Positions 40,766-51,436 of a stretch of 64,000 nt of DNA are shown piece by piece; positions within the stretch are counted from its first letter, which is position 1; each line of letters opens with the position of its first letter. The notes below the pieces were generated by a model. It saw only the letters and a list, made by a program, of their open reading frames with translations. It was not told the origin of the DNA and ran no database searches. Source of the DNA: Leptonemataceae bacterium. Its GTDB lineage: Bacteria > Spirochaetota > Leptospiria > Leptospirales > Leptonemataceae. Both the position numbers and the translations under genes were made by a program. Location of the stretch: contig OZ245742.1 of the NCBI GenBank assembly GCA_965227295.1, positions 4,800,001 through 4,864,000 of the forward strand, given 5' to 3'.

Positions 40766-42048
40766 ATGGGCGCGCCTGCCGTGATCGATTCTCCCGGGAC
40801 TTCCACGCGACTCCGCGACGTTCTGGTCGTGGACGACGATCCCATGACCGCACGACTCATTGCGCACATTCTGCGCGAGACGTGCACGGTGCGCTCCGCT
40901 GAGAACGGCAGCGAGGGCCTCCGTCACATGCGGCATCGGCGTCCGGAACTTATCCTCTGCGATCTCATGATGCCGGGCATGAACGGTCAGGAGTTCTTCG
41001 CCGCCGTCAAGAATCGGCCCGAATGGCGTCAGTGCCGCTCATCTTTCTCACGGCCCGCTCGGATCCCGAGGATCGCGCTGACGGTCTGGAGTTCGGCGCG
41101 GACGACTACATCGTAAAACCATTCTACCCCCGGGAGCTCCGGGCCCGGGTACACTCGCTCTTAAAGTTACGCGAGTATCAGTTAGCCGTCGCCGATCGCA
41201 ATCGGATCATCGAGGAGGAGCTGGACATTGCCGGGCGCATCATGCAGGAACGCATCCTGCCCACCAAAATGCCGGCGTTGCCGTGCATGCGCGCGCATCC
41301 CATCTACCGCCCCATGGACAAGATCGGCGGGGACTTTTACGACGTCATCGACTTCGGTGAACGCCGCGGCCTCATTATTGCCGACGTCTCCGGCCACGGC
41401 ATCCCCGGTGCGTTCATCGCCGCGCTGACGCAAATGGCCTTTCGCCTGTGCACGTCCCGGGGCGGAGAGCCGCATGAAATCTTACAACGAATCAACGAGG
41501 AATTGCTGCAACGCTGCCTGGAAGAATTCTTCGTCACCGCCATTTATCTCGAGTACGATCCCCGGCAACGAACCATCCGCTATTGCAACGCCGGCCATCA
41601 GTGCCGGCCGGTTTTGTACCGCAACGGTGAAGTCCACGTATGGGACGGCGCATCGAGTTATCCTCTGGCCATCGTGGAGGAACTGGATGGGACGACGGAA
41701 ATCGAACAGGTTCAGCCCGGCGATCGATTGTTCTTGTACACCGACGGCATCATCGAGTGCGATGACGGCGAAGAAGTCTACGGCGACGAGCGCTTTCACG
41801 CCTTTCTTCGAGACGAGGGCCACACATCGCCCGAGGATCTTGAAGACCGCCTGCTCGGCGAGTTGCGTAAATACAGCGGCAAGGATTCCTTCTCGGACGA
41901 TCTGACCATGTTGATCCTGGAGTTTCTCGAACGCCCGGCCGGAATCAGGCCCGGCAACACAACGGGAGCGGAGTCGCACAACCAGCGTCCGGGTCCGATT
42001 GAATCACGGCCAAACCTTCACAGCCGCCCCGGACCGCAGGGTAAGTGA
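40766..42048 (+). pseudogene. response regulator receiver plus SpoIIE/PP2C phosphatase (RsbU-like) with a 1-nt frameshift near 41030
   Basis: The receiver domain ([14 protein letters not shown]) continues in another frame as [20 protein letters not shown]2C motifs GGDFYD, DVSGHG, YTDG and DDLT. Confidence 0.8.
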
Positions 42049-42815
42049 CGGCCAGTGCAGCCACAGCTCTTGAACTACGGTATCGTTTTGTTCGTTCGAA
42101 CACGCCCCGAATCGTGGTGTAAGTCGCGGCCAGTGTATATTAAGATCATTTTGGTTACAACTGATTCCAGCTGACGAACGGAGGTCATGCCGGGGGATGT
42201 GGTAAGGCGGACCGGAACGGCGTCTTCATCGTAAAGATCCAGCAAGCGAATCCGCACCCCGGAGCCCCGCTCTATTCGCGGGGCGGAGCGGGTGCGGATT
42301 CGCGCCTTGCAAAACGAATCACCACAACTCCGAAGAGCCGTAGCAAAAATAATCCCTTCATGATTGCACAACTTACTTTACGTTTCTCACGATAGACGCC
42401 GCGAACCACAGCTCTTGAACTACGGTATCGTTTTAGTCGTTCGAACACGCCCCGAATCGAGGTGTAAGTAACGTCCAGTGTACATTAAGCTTTTTTTGGT
42501 TACAACTGATTCCAGGGGCAAGGCCACGCTTGTCGTGGCCGCGGCAGTTGTTCCCCTCCCACGGAGGTCATGCCGGGGAAATGTGGGGTGCGCACCGGAA
42601 CGGCGTCTTCGTCGCAGGAAACGTTACGATAGTTGAGTCGCAAACCGACGCCCGGGTCGACTCCGGCGTGCTTTGCAAAACGAATCACCACAACTCCGAA
42701 GAGCCGTAGCAAAAAAAAATCCCTTCATGATTGCACAACTTACCTTACGTTTCTCACGGTAGACGCCGCGAACAAGGCGCACCGGAACGGCGTCTTCGTC
42801 GCAGGAAACGTTACG
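41971..42815 (-). repeat. array C of the ~329-bp unit, inverted (about 2 units plus fragments)
   Basis: Reverse-complement blocks (ccacaactccgaagagccgtagc, cgccccgaatcg, accggaacggcgtcttc) occur repeatedly. Confidence 0.92.
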
Positions 42816-42878
42816 GAAACGGTTCCCATGCTCCGCTTGGGACTTGACACGCGTCCGGTTCTTCACGATCTTTCCCGT

Positions 42879-43544
42879 ATGCTCGCGCGCCACATCATCG
42901 TCACCGCCCCGCTGATCATCGCCCTGCTCTGGTCCTGCGGTGACGTCGAAGCTCCGCAAGAAAACACGGCCCTCACTGAAACCGACGATCGCCCCGCCAT
43001 CGTTTTTCTCGGCGACAGTCTAACGGCCGGCCGCGGCCTCGCCGCGTCGGAGAGTGCGCCAGCGCTCATCCAGGAAAAAATCGACGCGGCCGATCTGGAG
43101 TATCGCGTCATCAACGCCGGTCGCTCCGGCGATACGACGGCAGGCGGGCTCGCGCGATTGCCCTGGTACCTGCGCCCCGAGGTGAATCCGAAAAAGGTCG
43201 TCATCGGCCTGGGTTCGAACGACGCCATGCGCGGCCTGTCGGTCTCCGAAATCGAAGCCAACCTGCGCAAAATCGTCCAGGCGATTCGAGAGTACGACGC
43301 ATCCATCGACATCTTCCTGTATCAAATGTACATCTTCCCGAACATGGGACCGGAGTACTCCGACAACTACGAGAGCGCGTTTCAAAACGTGGCGCGGGCC
43401 GAGGACATCACCCTGCTGCCCTTCCCGCTGGAAAACGTCGGCGGCGTGGCGGAGCTGAATCAGGACGACGGCATTCACCCGAATGTCGAAGGCACGCAGA
43501 TCGTGGCCGAGAACATCTGGAAGGCCCTGCGCCCGCATCTGTAA
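42879..43544 (+). CDS. SGNH/GDSL arylesterase (TesA-like), probable lipoprotein
   Basis: FLGDSLTAG, NAGRSGDTT, LGSND and DGIHP motifs; LWSC lipobox-like. Confidence 0.9.
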   Translation: MLARHIIVTAPLIIALLWSCGDVEAPQENTALTETDDRPAIVFLGDSLTAGRGLAASESAPALIQEKIDAADLEYRVINAGRSGDTTAGGLARLPWYLRPEVNPKKVVIGLGSNDAMRGLSVSEIEANLRKIVQAIREYDASIDIFLYQMYIFPNMGPEYSDNYESAFQNVARAEDITLLPFPLENVGGVAELNQDDGIHPNVEGTQIVAENIWKALRPHL

Positions 43545-43626
43545 AAAAATTGCATCGGAGCGTTACGTTCGATCGTCTTTTCGACGATGGAAGAAATAAC
43601 GCTCTCCATTTAAGGAAGGTACCGGT

Positions 43627-44352
43627 ATGCGCGCATCTCTCCGGCTCTCCATAATATCCCTGGCATTGATTGCGGCCCTGGCCGTCAGCGCCTGTAATTC
43701 CGCGGACGAACGCGATCAACCGTCCGAACCGCGGCCCGTGGTCCTGGTAACCCCCGGCCACACCGACTCCGGCAGCAAAACAGTCGTCCCGGACGACGGC
43801 CCGTACAAAACCTACACCGACGCCGGCACCCGCGAAGAGCTGGCCGCGCAATTGGCCGCCGCCAATGAATACGTGCGTGAACATCTGCCGGACGGCTGGG
43901 AGGCCGAGTACGATTTCTTCAAAGACCGCCTCCCCTATCAATGGCACGGCAACGAGGGCATCGGCATTCGCGTGCGTTTTTATCGGCCCGGGGACGCGCG
44001 CCGCACTCCGCAGATGACGCGGTACCTCTACTATCGTCTGGACGGCGGCTTCGAACAGGGCAAGGACCGTTACATTCGCCCGGACCGCGTCTACGGCATT
44101 ACCAGAGACTTCGTGGTGATCAAACCGTCCTCCGCCACGAGCGACGCGGACTACCAGAGTGAAAGCATCGCCCCGATCTTCGACGAGGCCTTCGGCATCA
44201 ACGACGCGAACACCCAACGTTACAGCGTGCGCATGAAACAGCGTCCCGATCCGCGCTCGCTACGTTCGGCATATCCGCACAGCAAGGCCGCGGTGGCCAG
44301 CGATACGGATCAGAACGCGCGCTATTGGTTGTGGGTGAAAACGTTGCGGTAA
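43627..44352 (+). CDS. hypothetical lipoprotein
   Basis: VSAC lipobox; aaggaagg RBS. Confidence 0.75.
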   Translation: MRASLRLSIISLALIAALAVSACNSADERDQPSEPRPVVLVTPGHTDSGSKTVVPDDGPYKTYTDAGTREELAAQLAAANEYVREHLPDGWEAEYDFFKDRLPYQWHGNEGIGIRVRFYRPGDARRTPQMTRYLYYRLDGGFEQGKDRYIRPDRVYGITRDFVVIKPSSATSDADYQSESIAPIFDEAFGINDANTQRYSVRMKQRPDPRSLRSAYPHSKAAVASDTDQNARYWLWVKTLR

Positions 44353-44368
44353 ATTGCAAACGCGGCCA

Positions 44369-45154
44369 TTAATCACGGCGGCCGGGCTGCGATTCGGAGC
44401 CCCGGCGATGCTTCGCAAACATTTCCTGAATATAGGTTACGGCCTGGTGATCCTGCCAGCGATCCAACCAGGTGCGCGCGCCTTCGGAAAGCGGCTGCGG
44501 TAATTGTGAGCCGGCCTCTTTCGGAAACGTCACCGGAAAAAAGAGTGCCGCCACGCTTAGATCGGCGGCGGTGAACCGGTCGCCGACCAGGTAACCCGTG
44601 CCGTTCTTTTGAACGGTCTCGGCGATCCAGTCCAGGGCCTCCACGCTGCGCTCCCGGCCCACGGCAGCATCGCGCTCGTTGATCTTCATGTCGAAACACA
44701 TCATCTGTTTAATGATCGGGAACGAAAACTTAAGCCAGGCCTGAGCGCGCTTCGGCGCGATGCTGTCTTCGAGCATGCAGCGCAGCAGGTAACGACTGTC
44801 GCCGACGATGTCCAGAAAGAACGCGCGCCGCGCCTCCGGGCCGTAGTGATCGTCGAAGCGTGCCTGGATTTCCAGCACGCGCGCGCGGGCCGCCGCGTCC
44901 GCGGGCAGGAGCCGCGGTTCCGGAATCTCTTCTTCGCACCAGGCGAGGATGTTCGCCGAACCGCTCAGGACTTTCCCGTCCCCGGAACGCAGGACCGGCA
45001 CGCTCTTCTGACCGCTCAGGGCAAGCATCTTCGGAATGTGCGTGCCCGGCAGGATTTCCCGGTCCACGTACTCCATGCCTTTGTAGTCCAGGACCCAGCG
45101 GATCTTTTCGGAGTACGTGGAGAATCGAAAATGAAACAGTTCCGGCGCCGGCAT
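44369..45154 (-). CDS. glutathione S-transferase family protein
   Basis: STYSEKIRWVLDYKG, VPVL and YLVGDRFTAADL motifs. Confidence 0.88.
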   Translation of the reverse strand: MPAPELFHFRFSTYSEKIRWVLDYKGMEYVDREILPGTHIPKMLALSGQKSVPVLRSGDGKVLSGSANILAWCEEEIPEPRLLPADAAARARVLEIQARFDDHYGPEARRAFFLDIVGDSRYLLRCMLEDSIAPKRAQAWLKFSFPIIKQMMCFDMKINERDAAVGRERSVEALDWIAETVQKNGTGYLVGDRFTAADLSVAALFFPVTFPKEAGSQLPQPLSEGARTWLDRWQDHQAVTYIQEMFAKHRRGSESQPGRRD

Positions 45155-45253
45155 ACGTTCCTGTGTCCGCCGGACGCATAACCGGCAACATTTTTCCGAA
45201 TCCGCGGCAAAAATTTATTTATCTCATTGGTTAAATATTTTTTCGTGGTGCGC

Positions 45254-45916
45254 ATGCAAACCGATACCCTCACCTTCCTGAGTCAACTCCGGGAACACAA
45301 CGACCGCGATTGGTTCCAGGCCCACCGCAAAGACTACGAGGCCGCCGCCGCGGACTTCCGCGAATTCGCGGCACGGCTCATCACCGAGGTGAGCCGGTTC
45401 GATGAGAGCGTGAAGACGCTCACACCGAAGGACGTGGTCTTTCGCATCAACCGTGACGTGCGTTTCTCGAAGGATAAGTCGCCGTACAAAACGCACTTCG
45501 GCGCCTTCCTCGCCCCGGAAGGCCGGACCTCGGGCTACGCCGGTTATTACTTTCATCTCGAACCCGGCGGCAACAGCATGATCGCCGGCGGACTGCACGT
45601 CCCACCGACGCCGGCGCTCTCGAAAATTCGCGCCGCCATCGACGAAAATCCGGAAGCATTAGCAAAGATCATCGGCGCGGCGGCGTTTCGTAAGAGATTT
45701 ACGGCCTTCGAAGGAGCCGAAAGACTGAAGACGGTGCCCCGGGGCTACGCGAAAGATCACCCCGCGGCGGAGTTGCTGCGACTGAAAAGCTTTACTGTAC
45801 GGCAAAATGTTGAAGACAGCGACATCATAAAGAGCGGTTTTCTAAAACAGGCCGTCAAAGACTTCCGCATCATCCAACCCTTCATCGATTTCATCAACAC
45901 GGCGCTGCGCAAATGA
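45254..45916 (+). CDS. DUF2461 family protein
   Basis: NDRDWF and FRINRDVRFSKDKSPYK motifs. Confidence 0.9.
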   Translation: MQTDTLTFLSQLREHNDRDWFQAHRKDYEAAAADFREFAARLITEVSRFDESVKTLTPKDVVFRINRDVRFSKDKSPYKTHFGAFLAPEGRTSGYAGYYFHLEPGGNSMIAGGLHVPPTPALSKIRAAIDENPEALAKIIGAAAFRKRFTAFEGAERLKTVPRGYAKDHPAAELLRLKSFTVRQNVEDSDIIKSGFLKQAVKDFRIIQPFIDFINTALRK

Positions 45917-45983
45917 ACGCCAGTCGTTTGTTTGACTTTTATCTTGACACGGCTCTTTCGAGAGCAACACATCACAGACAAAC

Positions 45984-46376
45984 ATGAGCCGTGTAACGAC
46001 GAAATCCCGAAGACTCGATGCCACGTTCGCGGCCCTGGCCGATCCCACCCGCCGCTCCATTCTCGCGCGCCTGGGCAAAGGCGCAGCCACCGTCGGTGAA
46101 CTCGCCGATCCCTTTGACATGTCGCTCCCGGCCATATCAAAACACATCAAGGTTCTGGAAAGCGCGGGGCTCATCAGCCGCACGCGTTCGGGACGCAACT
46201 ATCATTGCCGTTTGCGCGGCGACTCCATGAAAGAAGCGGCCGAGTGGATCGCCGCGTATCGCGACTTCTGGGATCGCAACCTGCGCGCCCTGGACGAGTA
46301 CCTCCAGGAAAACTACGGTCCGGCGCGGACCGCTTCGAAGAAAAAATCTCCGCGTACCAAAAAAAAGAAACGCTGA
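45984..46376 (+). CDS. ArsR/SmtB family transcriptional regulator
   Basis: FAALADPTRRSIL and SLPAISKHIKVLESAGLI motifs. Confidence 0.92.
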   Translation: MSRVTTKSRRLDATFAALADPTRRSILARLGKGAATVGELADPFDMSLPAISKHIKVLESAGLISRTRSGRNYHCRLRGDSMKEAAEWIAAYRDFWDRNLRALDEYLQENYGPARTASKKKSPRTKKKKR

Positions 46377-46386
46377 GGGACGGGCT

Positions 46387-46812
46387 GTGAAAGTTGAGTT
46401 GAGCGAAACTTACGCCTATCCCCGGGACCTGGTCTTCACCGCCTTCGCGGAGGCCGGCGCCATCGAACGCTGGCTCGGACCCTCGGATGCATTCACCACC
46501 ATCGTTCACGAGCTCGAAGTAAGTCCCGGCGGTCGCTATCGCATCGAGTTCGTCGATCCCGACGGCAATCACAGCATGCTTGTGGGCACGTATCGCGAGG
46601 TGACGCCGCCGGAACGCCTCGTCTTTACCTGGCGTTGGGAGGACAATCCGGAGTTTCCGGACGAAGAGACGTTGGTTCGCGTGGAGTTCCTGGATCAAAA
46701 CGACACCACGCAGGTCGTGCTCGTTCACGAGGGTCTCAGCACACCGCACGCGCGCGAACGCCACACCGCCGGCTGGGGCGGCGCCTTCGAGCGCCTGGGC
46801 CGCTATCTGTGA
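46387..46812 (+). CDS. SRPBCC/AHSA1 domain protein
   Basis: GTYREVTPPERLVFTW and HTAGW motifs; typical ArsR partner. Confidence 0.88.
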   Translation: MKVELSETYAYPRDLVFTAFAEAGAIERWLGPSDAFTTIVHELEVSPGGRYRIEFVDPDGNHSMLVGTYREVTPPERLVFTWRWEDNPEFPDEETLVRVEFLDQNDTTQVVLVHEGLSTPHARERHTAGWGGAFERLGRYL

Positions 46813-46934
46813 TCCTCGGCAACCCGCGCGGCTCCAGAGAAAACGCCCGTGCCCTCCGCCGCAAAAAGTGAACCGCGCAAAAAGATCGTCCTCTAACTCC
46901 GTGAATGCTCAGGACAAGAGCGAGGCTGATCGTT

Positions 46935-47594
46935 ATGAAACTACACCGCATCCTTTTGCTCTCGTTGTTGCCCGTGTTGCTCGCCGGCACCGCATGCCGC
47001 AGCAATCCGGTCGCGCCGGTCGCCGATGCCGGCGTCGTGGGCGTCGGAGTCACGTTGCATCCGCCGTTTTATCCGGGGGATTACTTCGGCAAGACGCCGG
47101 ACGAGGTATACTTCATTCGCCTCAGCGACGAAAGCGACGGCGGCGACTTCGGCTCCCTCGATCTCATGAACCCCGAGAAGGTTTACGTATCCGGGCGCCG
47201 GGACAACGGTCGCCTCTACTTAACCGATGTTCCGCCGGGACGATACGCCGCCGTGGCCGCGCGCTACGAACGTCGACGCAATCCGGGCATCGGCGGGCGG
47301 CCGTCGTCCGGGAGCGGCATGGGCATCGGCCTGGGCCTTCGTTTCGGAACGCCGCCGAACTACACGGTCTTCTTTTCGGAAAACATTGTCCGTTCTTCGG
47401 TACGCACGGTGCGTCGCGGGGAGATCAGCGACCTCGGTTCGTTCGAGATCGACATGGTGGGTGAGATGCAGGAGGCGGACGATGTTCAACGTCATTACAT
47501 GAATCTCATCGCCCCGCAAAAAGAAGGCAACTTCTTCATCAGCACACATCGATTCCTGGGTGTGAGCGAAAAGGTAACGGGTACGTATTCGTAA
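46935..47594 (+). CDS. hypothetical lipoprotein
   Basis: MKLHRILLL..GTAC signal. Confidence 0.7.
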   Translation: MKLHRILLLSLLPVLLAGTACRSNPVAPVADAGVVGVGVTLHPPFYPGDYFGKTPDEVYFIRLSDESDGGDFGSLDLMNPEKVYVSGRRDNGRLYLTDVPPGRYAAVAARYERRRNPGIGGRPSSGSGMGIGLGLRFGTPPNYTVFFSENIVRSSVRTVRRGEISDLGSFEIDMVGEMQEADDVQRHYMNLIAPQKEGNFFISTHRFLGVSEKVTGTYS

Positions 47595-47600
47595 GAGTTT

Positions 47601-47776
47601 GACACCGAGGACCGAGGGGGCGAGGGTTTGGGGAGAGGTTACGTGATTGCGCGTCTTTTGCGCATGAACTGCTTTTATTTTCTGACTTCGCCATGCAAAA
47701 ATAGGCGCGCATGCGCCCGCAGACAATAAGCTTACGCACAGCCTCCACAAACCCCGGCTCCTCGGTCCTCGGTGTC
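47601..47776. repeat. 176-bp element bounded by 17-bp perfect inverted repeats (ccgagga family)
   Basis: gacaccgaggaccgagg at 47601-47617 and cctcggtcctcggtgtc at 47760-47776, between convergent genes. Confidence 0.8.
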
Positions 47777-47796
47777 CGTCTTAATCCCGACTCAGC

Positions 47797-50448
47797 TTAA
47801 CCCGGGTCTCGCAGCACGTGCAACGGCGCGGTGCGGGCGACATCACGGCTGATGAACAAACCGATGGCCGTGTTCAACACCACCACGCCGGCGATCGTGA
47901 GCAGCACCGGCAAATACGGCACCACCGGCGACGCCTCGAAGAACTGCGCGAGCATGGGCCGATTCACCGCCTCGGCGAGCAACCAGCCGCAGAGACAACC
48001 CAGCACCGCTAAGATCGCGTACTCGGCGATTAAGATCTTGCGCAGGTCTCCCCGCGCGGCGCCCAGAACTTTCAGCAGCATCATCTCCCGCAGGCGCGCG
48101 AAACGACCCGCCGCCACCGCCCCGCCGAGAATGACGACGCCGTTCAAAAGCGTAATCACCGCGAGAATGCGGACAATCAACGAAATACGATCCAGGATCA
48201 GGCGAAAGTTCGCCGCGGCCTCGGTAACATCGATTACGCTCAAGTTAGGGAACTGCTTCACCAGGCGTGTTTGAAAGCGGGTGCGCTCTTCCTCGCCGGC
48301 AATGCGAAAGCTCGACACGAAGATACGCGGGGCGTTTTCGATCAAGCCCGGACTGAGAATCAGAATGGAGTTCGGTCGCATGGCCTGCCAGTGAATCTTA
48401 CGAAAGCTCGTAACCCTGGCCGTGAGTGGAATGCCCTGGATGTCCAGCGTCACCCGATCACCCAGGTCGACGTTCATGCGATCGGCCCACTCATCACTCA
48501 CGCTGACCTCCTGCTCGCGGGCGCCGCCCTCCCACCATTCACCGGCGACCAGGTCCTCGGAATCCAATAGTTCGTCGCGGTACGAAACGAAGTACTCCCG
48601 CGTACGCAGGCGATCGTCCCAGGTCCGCTGGACCGCCGATTGTTCGATGTTGCGCCGCTCGATGGCCTGACCGTTGATCGACGCGATGCGCGCGCTCACC
48701 AGCGGCACCAGCGTTACATTTTCCACCGCCTGGTTTTCGATTTGTTTCTGAAAATCAGCGAGCTGGGAAGGCTGCAAGTCCACGACGAACATGTTCGGCA
48801 GATCGGCGCGGTCCTCGACGGCGATCTCGCTCTGGATCGACGCTTCCAGGATCAAGACGCTGGCCACGAGCAACACACCGATGCCCACGGCGGTGATCAC
48901 CGCGGCGGTCTGGTTGCCCGGGCGATACAGATTCGCGATGCCCTGGCGTAGATGATAGTTGCGAATGTGCGGCAGCAGGCGGCGCGTGCCGTAGATCACC
49001 AGGCGGGCCGCGAGAGCCAGGACCAGGATCGCACCGGCGATGGATCCCGTAAATGCGAACGCCATGAACACTGAGTTCGTTTGCGTGACGGTTAACAAAA
49101 GGACGAAACCGAAGATCAGCGCCGCGGCCCCGCCGAAGACGAGAGCGTCACGCCAGTCAAAGCGCGCGAAGGCGCTCTCGGTTTCGTCCACGCGGCGCAG
49201 GACCCGCAGCGGCGAAACCCCGCGAATGCGATACACGGGAAAGAGCGTAAACAACAGCGTCGCCACGATACCCGCCGTGAACCCCTGCACGCACGCGAGC
49301 CAGGAAAAGCCGATGTCCAGTTCGATCGGCAAGAACTCGCCGCCGAGTTCCGACGCTGCGAACTTCGCGCCGAGGACCGGCAGCGCCGAACCGGGAATCA
49401 CGCCGATCAGACTGCCCGCGGCCCCGAGCACCAGAGCGAGCATTAAGTACAATTGAAAGACCTGGCCGGGCCGCATGCCCAGGCTGCGGAGAACGGCGGC
49501 GTGGTCGAGCTTCTCGCGAATGAACACGGTCATGGCGCTGCCGATGCCCAGGCCGCCGAGCAGGAGCGTGATGAGTCCCGCCATCGTAAGAAAGTGCGAG
49601 AGCCGGTACAGAAAACGCTGCACCCGATCGGCGCTTTCGCGAAACGTTTGAATGGTCACGCCGGCATCGATGGCGTCTTCGAAGCTCTGCGTCTTGAGTT
49701 CCTCGGGATCGATCTCCGGAGGCAACGCGAACAATCGCTGGTAACGCACGCGGCTGCCGAAGCCCACGAGTCCGGTGGCGTCCAGGTGATTCGCGTGAAT
49801 GTAGACGGCCGGGGCGAAACCGAAACCCGAGGCGGGACTGCCCGGTTTCTTGAGGAACGCGGCGGCGATCGTAAACTTCTGGCCACCCAATGTTACGGCA
49901 TCGCCGGCCTTCAGGTCCATCATCGACAGCAGCACCGTGTCGGCGATCATGAGCGGCCGTGTGCCTTTCGCGAGTTCCTGCCAGTGATCGGCGGGTTCGG
50001 TTTCGATCTCGCCGTAAAACGGAAAGCCGCCGCCCACCGCCCGCACACGAACCAGGCGCGTGCGTTCATCTTCATCGTTGGCGCTCTCCCCGGCACCGAC
50101 TGCTCCACCCGCCGTTTCGCCGGCGGTGTCGGCGGTCGTGCCGTCGCTGTACAACATGGAATAGAATTCCACGAGCTCGGCCGACTCCGCGCCGGCTTCG
50201 TTTTTCCAGCGTTCGCTCAGTTCGGCGGCGATGCCCTCGTCGAGACTGCGTGACGAGCGCATCATCAAATCCGCGCCCATGAGGTTGCGCGCCTGCTTCT
50301 GGATGCCGTCCTCCAGGCCGAGGACCGCGGTACGCACGGCCGTCAAAGAGGCCACGCCCACGGCGATGGAGAAGATGCAGAACATCAACTTACCACCGGA
50401 GCGACGCGTCTCGGCGAGGGCCAATCGAAACATCGCCGTCAAACTCAT
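47797..50448 (-). CDS. FtsX/MacB-type ABC transporter permease (YbbP-like)
   Basis: Two FtsX-like halves, GADL, LRSLGM, PNMFVVDLQP and LKVLGA motifs. Confidence 0.88.
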   Translation of the reverse strand: MSLTAMFRLALAETRRSGGKLMFCIFSIAVGVASLTAVRTAVLGLEDGIQKQARNLMGADLMMRSSRSLDEGIAAELSERWKNEAGAESAELVEFYSMLYSDGTTADTAGETAGGAVGAGESANDEDERTRLVRVRAVGGGFPFYGEIETEPADHWQELAKGTRPLMIADTVLLSMMDLKAGDAVTLGGQKFTIAAAFLKKPGSPASGFGFAPAVYIHANHLDATGLVGFGSRVRYQRLFALPPEIDPEELKTQSFEDAIDAGVTIQTFRESADRVQRFLYRLSHFLTMAGLITLLLGGLGIGSAMTVFIREKLDHAAVLRSLGMRPGQVFQLYLMLALVLGAAGSLIGVIPGSALPVLGAKFAASELGGEFLPIELDIGFSWLACVQGFTAGIVATLLFTLFPVYRIRGVSPLRVLRRVDETESAFARFDWRDALVFGGAAALIFGFVLLLTVTQTNSVFMAFAFTGSIAGAILVLALAARLVIYGTRRLLPHIRNYHLRQGIANLYRPGNQTAAVITAVGIGVLLVASVLILEASIQSEIAVEDRADLPNMFVVDLQPSQLADFQKQIENQAVENVTLVPLVSARIASINGQAIERRNIEQSAVQRTWDDRLRTREYFVSYRDELLDSEDLVAGEWWEGGAREQEVSVSDEWADRMNVDLGDRVTLDIQGIPLTARVTSFRKIHWQAMRPNSILILSPGLIENAPRIFVSSFRIAGEEERTRFQTRLVKQFPNLSVIDVTEAAANFRLILDRISLIVRILAVITLLNGVVILGGAVAAGRFARLREMMLLKVLGAARGDLRKILIAEYAILAVLGCLCGWLLAEAVNRPMLAQFFEASPVVPYLPVLLTIAGVVVLNTAIGLFISRDVARTAPLHVLRDPG

Positions 50449-51224
50449 GCGCGCGCTCCCCGCGTTGCTTTTGCGCGGCGTTTGCCCTTGCCGGCAGGCC
50501 CGGTCTTTGATTTCGGCTTTGCTCCGGATTTCGATTTTGGTTTTGATTTTGATTTAGGCTTATGTTTCACGATCTCTTCCACGCGGCCGTCTTTCAAACG
50601 CACTTCGCGCGCGGCCATGCCCGCGAGCTGGGGGTTGTGCGTGACGAGCACCAGCGTGCAGGTCTTGTTCATTTCGAGTAAGATGTCCATGACCAGATCG
50701 CCGTTGGAGGAATCCAGGTTGCCGGTGGGTTCGTCGGCGAAGAGGATCTTCGGCCGGGTCACCGACGCCCGGGCGATGGCGACGCGTTGTTGTTCACCGC
50801 CGGAAAGCTGGGACGGGTAATGCCCCTGGCGATCGCCCAGGCCGACCCGTTCCAGCAGTTCCGGCGCGCGGTCGGCCGCGGCGAAGTCGCCGAGGATCTC
50901 CGCCGGCACGCGAACGTTTTCCAGGGCGGTGAGCGTCGGCAGCAACTGGAACGACTGGAAGACAAAACCCATCTCCCGGCCCCGTAGCTCGGAGAGGTCG
51001 TCCTCGGAAAGCGCCGTGATGTCGGTACCGGCGACGAGGATGCGCCCTCGGGTCGGCCGATCCAGGCCGGCGAGCAGGCCCAGCAGGGTCGACTTCCCGC
51101 TCCCGGACTGCCCGGTGATGGCCACGAATTCGTTTTCGGCGATGGTCAGATGGATGTCATTCAGGACGGTGAGCCGCGCGTCACCTTTCACAAAATCGCG
51201 GCCGAGGGATTCTATTTCGATCAT
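50445..51224 (-). CDS. ABC transporter ATP-binding protein (YbbA/LolD-like)
   Basis: GQSGSGKST, LSGGEQQRVAIARA and DEPTGNLD motifs; Lys-rich tail. Confidence 0.93.
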   Translation of the reverse strand: MIEIESLGRDFVKGDARLTVLNDIHLTIAENEFVAITGQSGSGKSTLLGLLAGLDRPTRGRILVAGTDITALSEDDLSELRGREMGFVFQSFQLLPTLTALENVRVPAEILGDFAAADRAPELLERVGLGDRQGHYPSQLSGGEQQRVAIARASVTRPKILFADEPTGNLDSSNGDLVMDILLEMNKTCTLVLVTHNPQLAGMAAREVRLKDGRVEEIVKHKPKSKSKPKSKSGAKPKSKTGPAGKGKRRAKATRGARA

Positions 51225-51315
51225 AGGAGTTCCTACAAAAGTAACCAGCGCCGGGGCAATCAGCCACTACTGTACGTTCGGGATCATGGTTCTGAGATGG
51301 AGGCGGTTTCTATTT

Positions 51316-51436
51316 GGGCGTCTCGGAAGGCGCCAGGCCCAGGCGCCTTCCGACCGCGCTCCTCCGGGCTCCGCTATCGCTTCGGTCGCGCCAGGCGCGA
51401 CGGCCTTCGGCCCCCTCCGGATCGCTGACGCGAAGA
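51316..51436 (+). ncRNA. Flavo-1-like structured element, copy 5
   Basis: gggcgtc..cgcgct..gggctccgc..atcgctgacgcgaaga. Confidence 0.6.

Noticed and set aside
50445..50570. Lys-rich KPKSKS tail on the ABC ATPase (similar tail on the ArsR protein)
   Set aside because: Low-complexity extension with no evidence of a separate function
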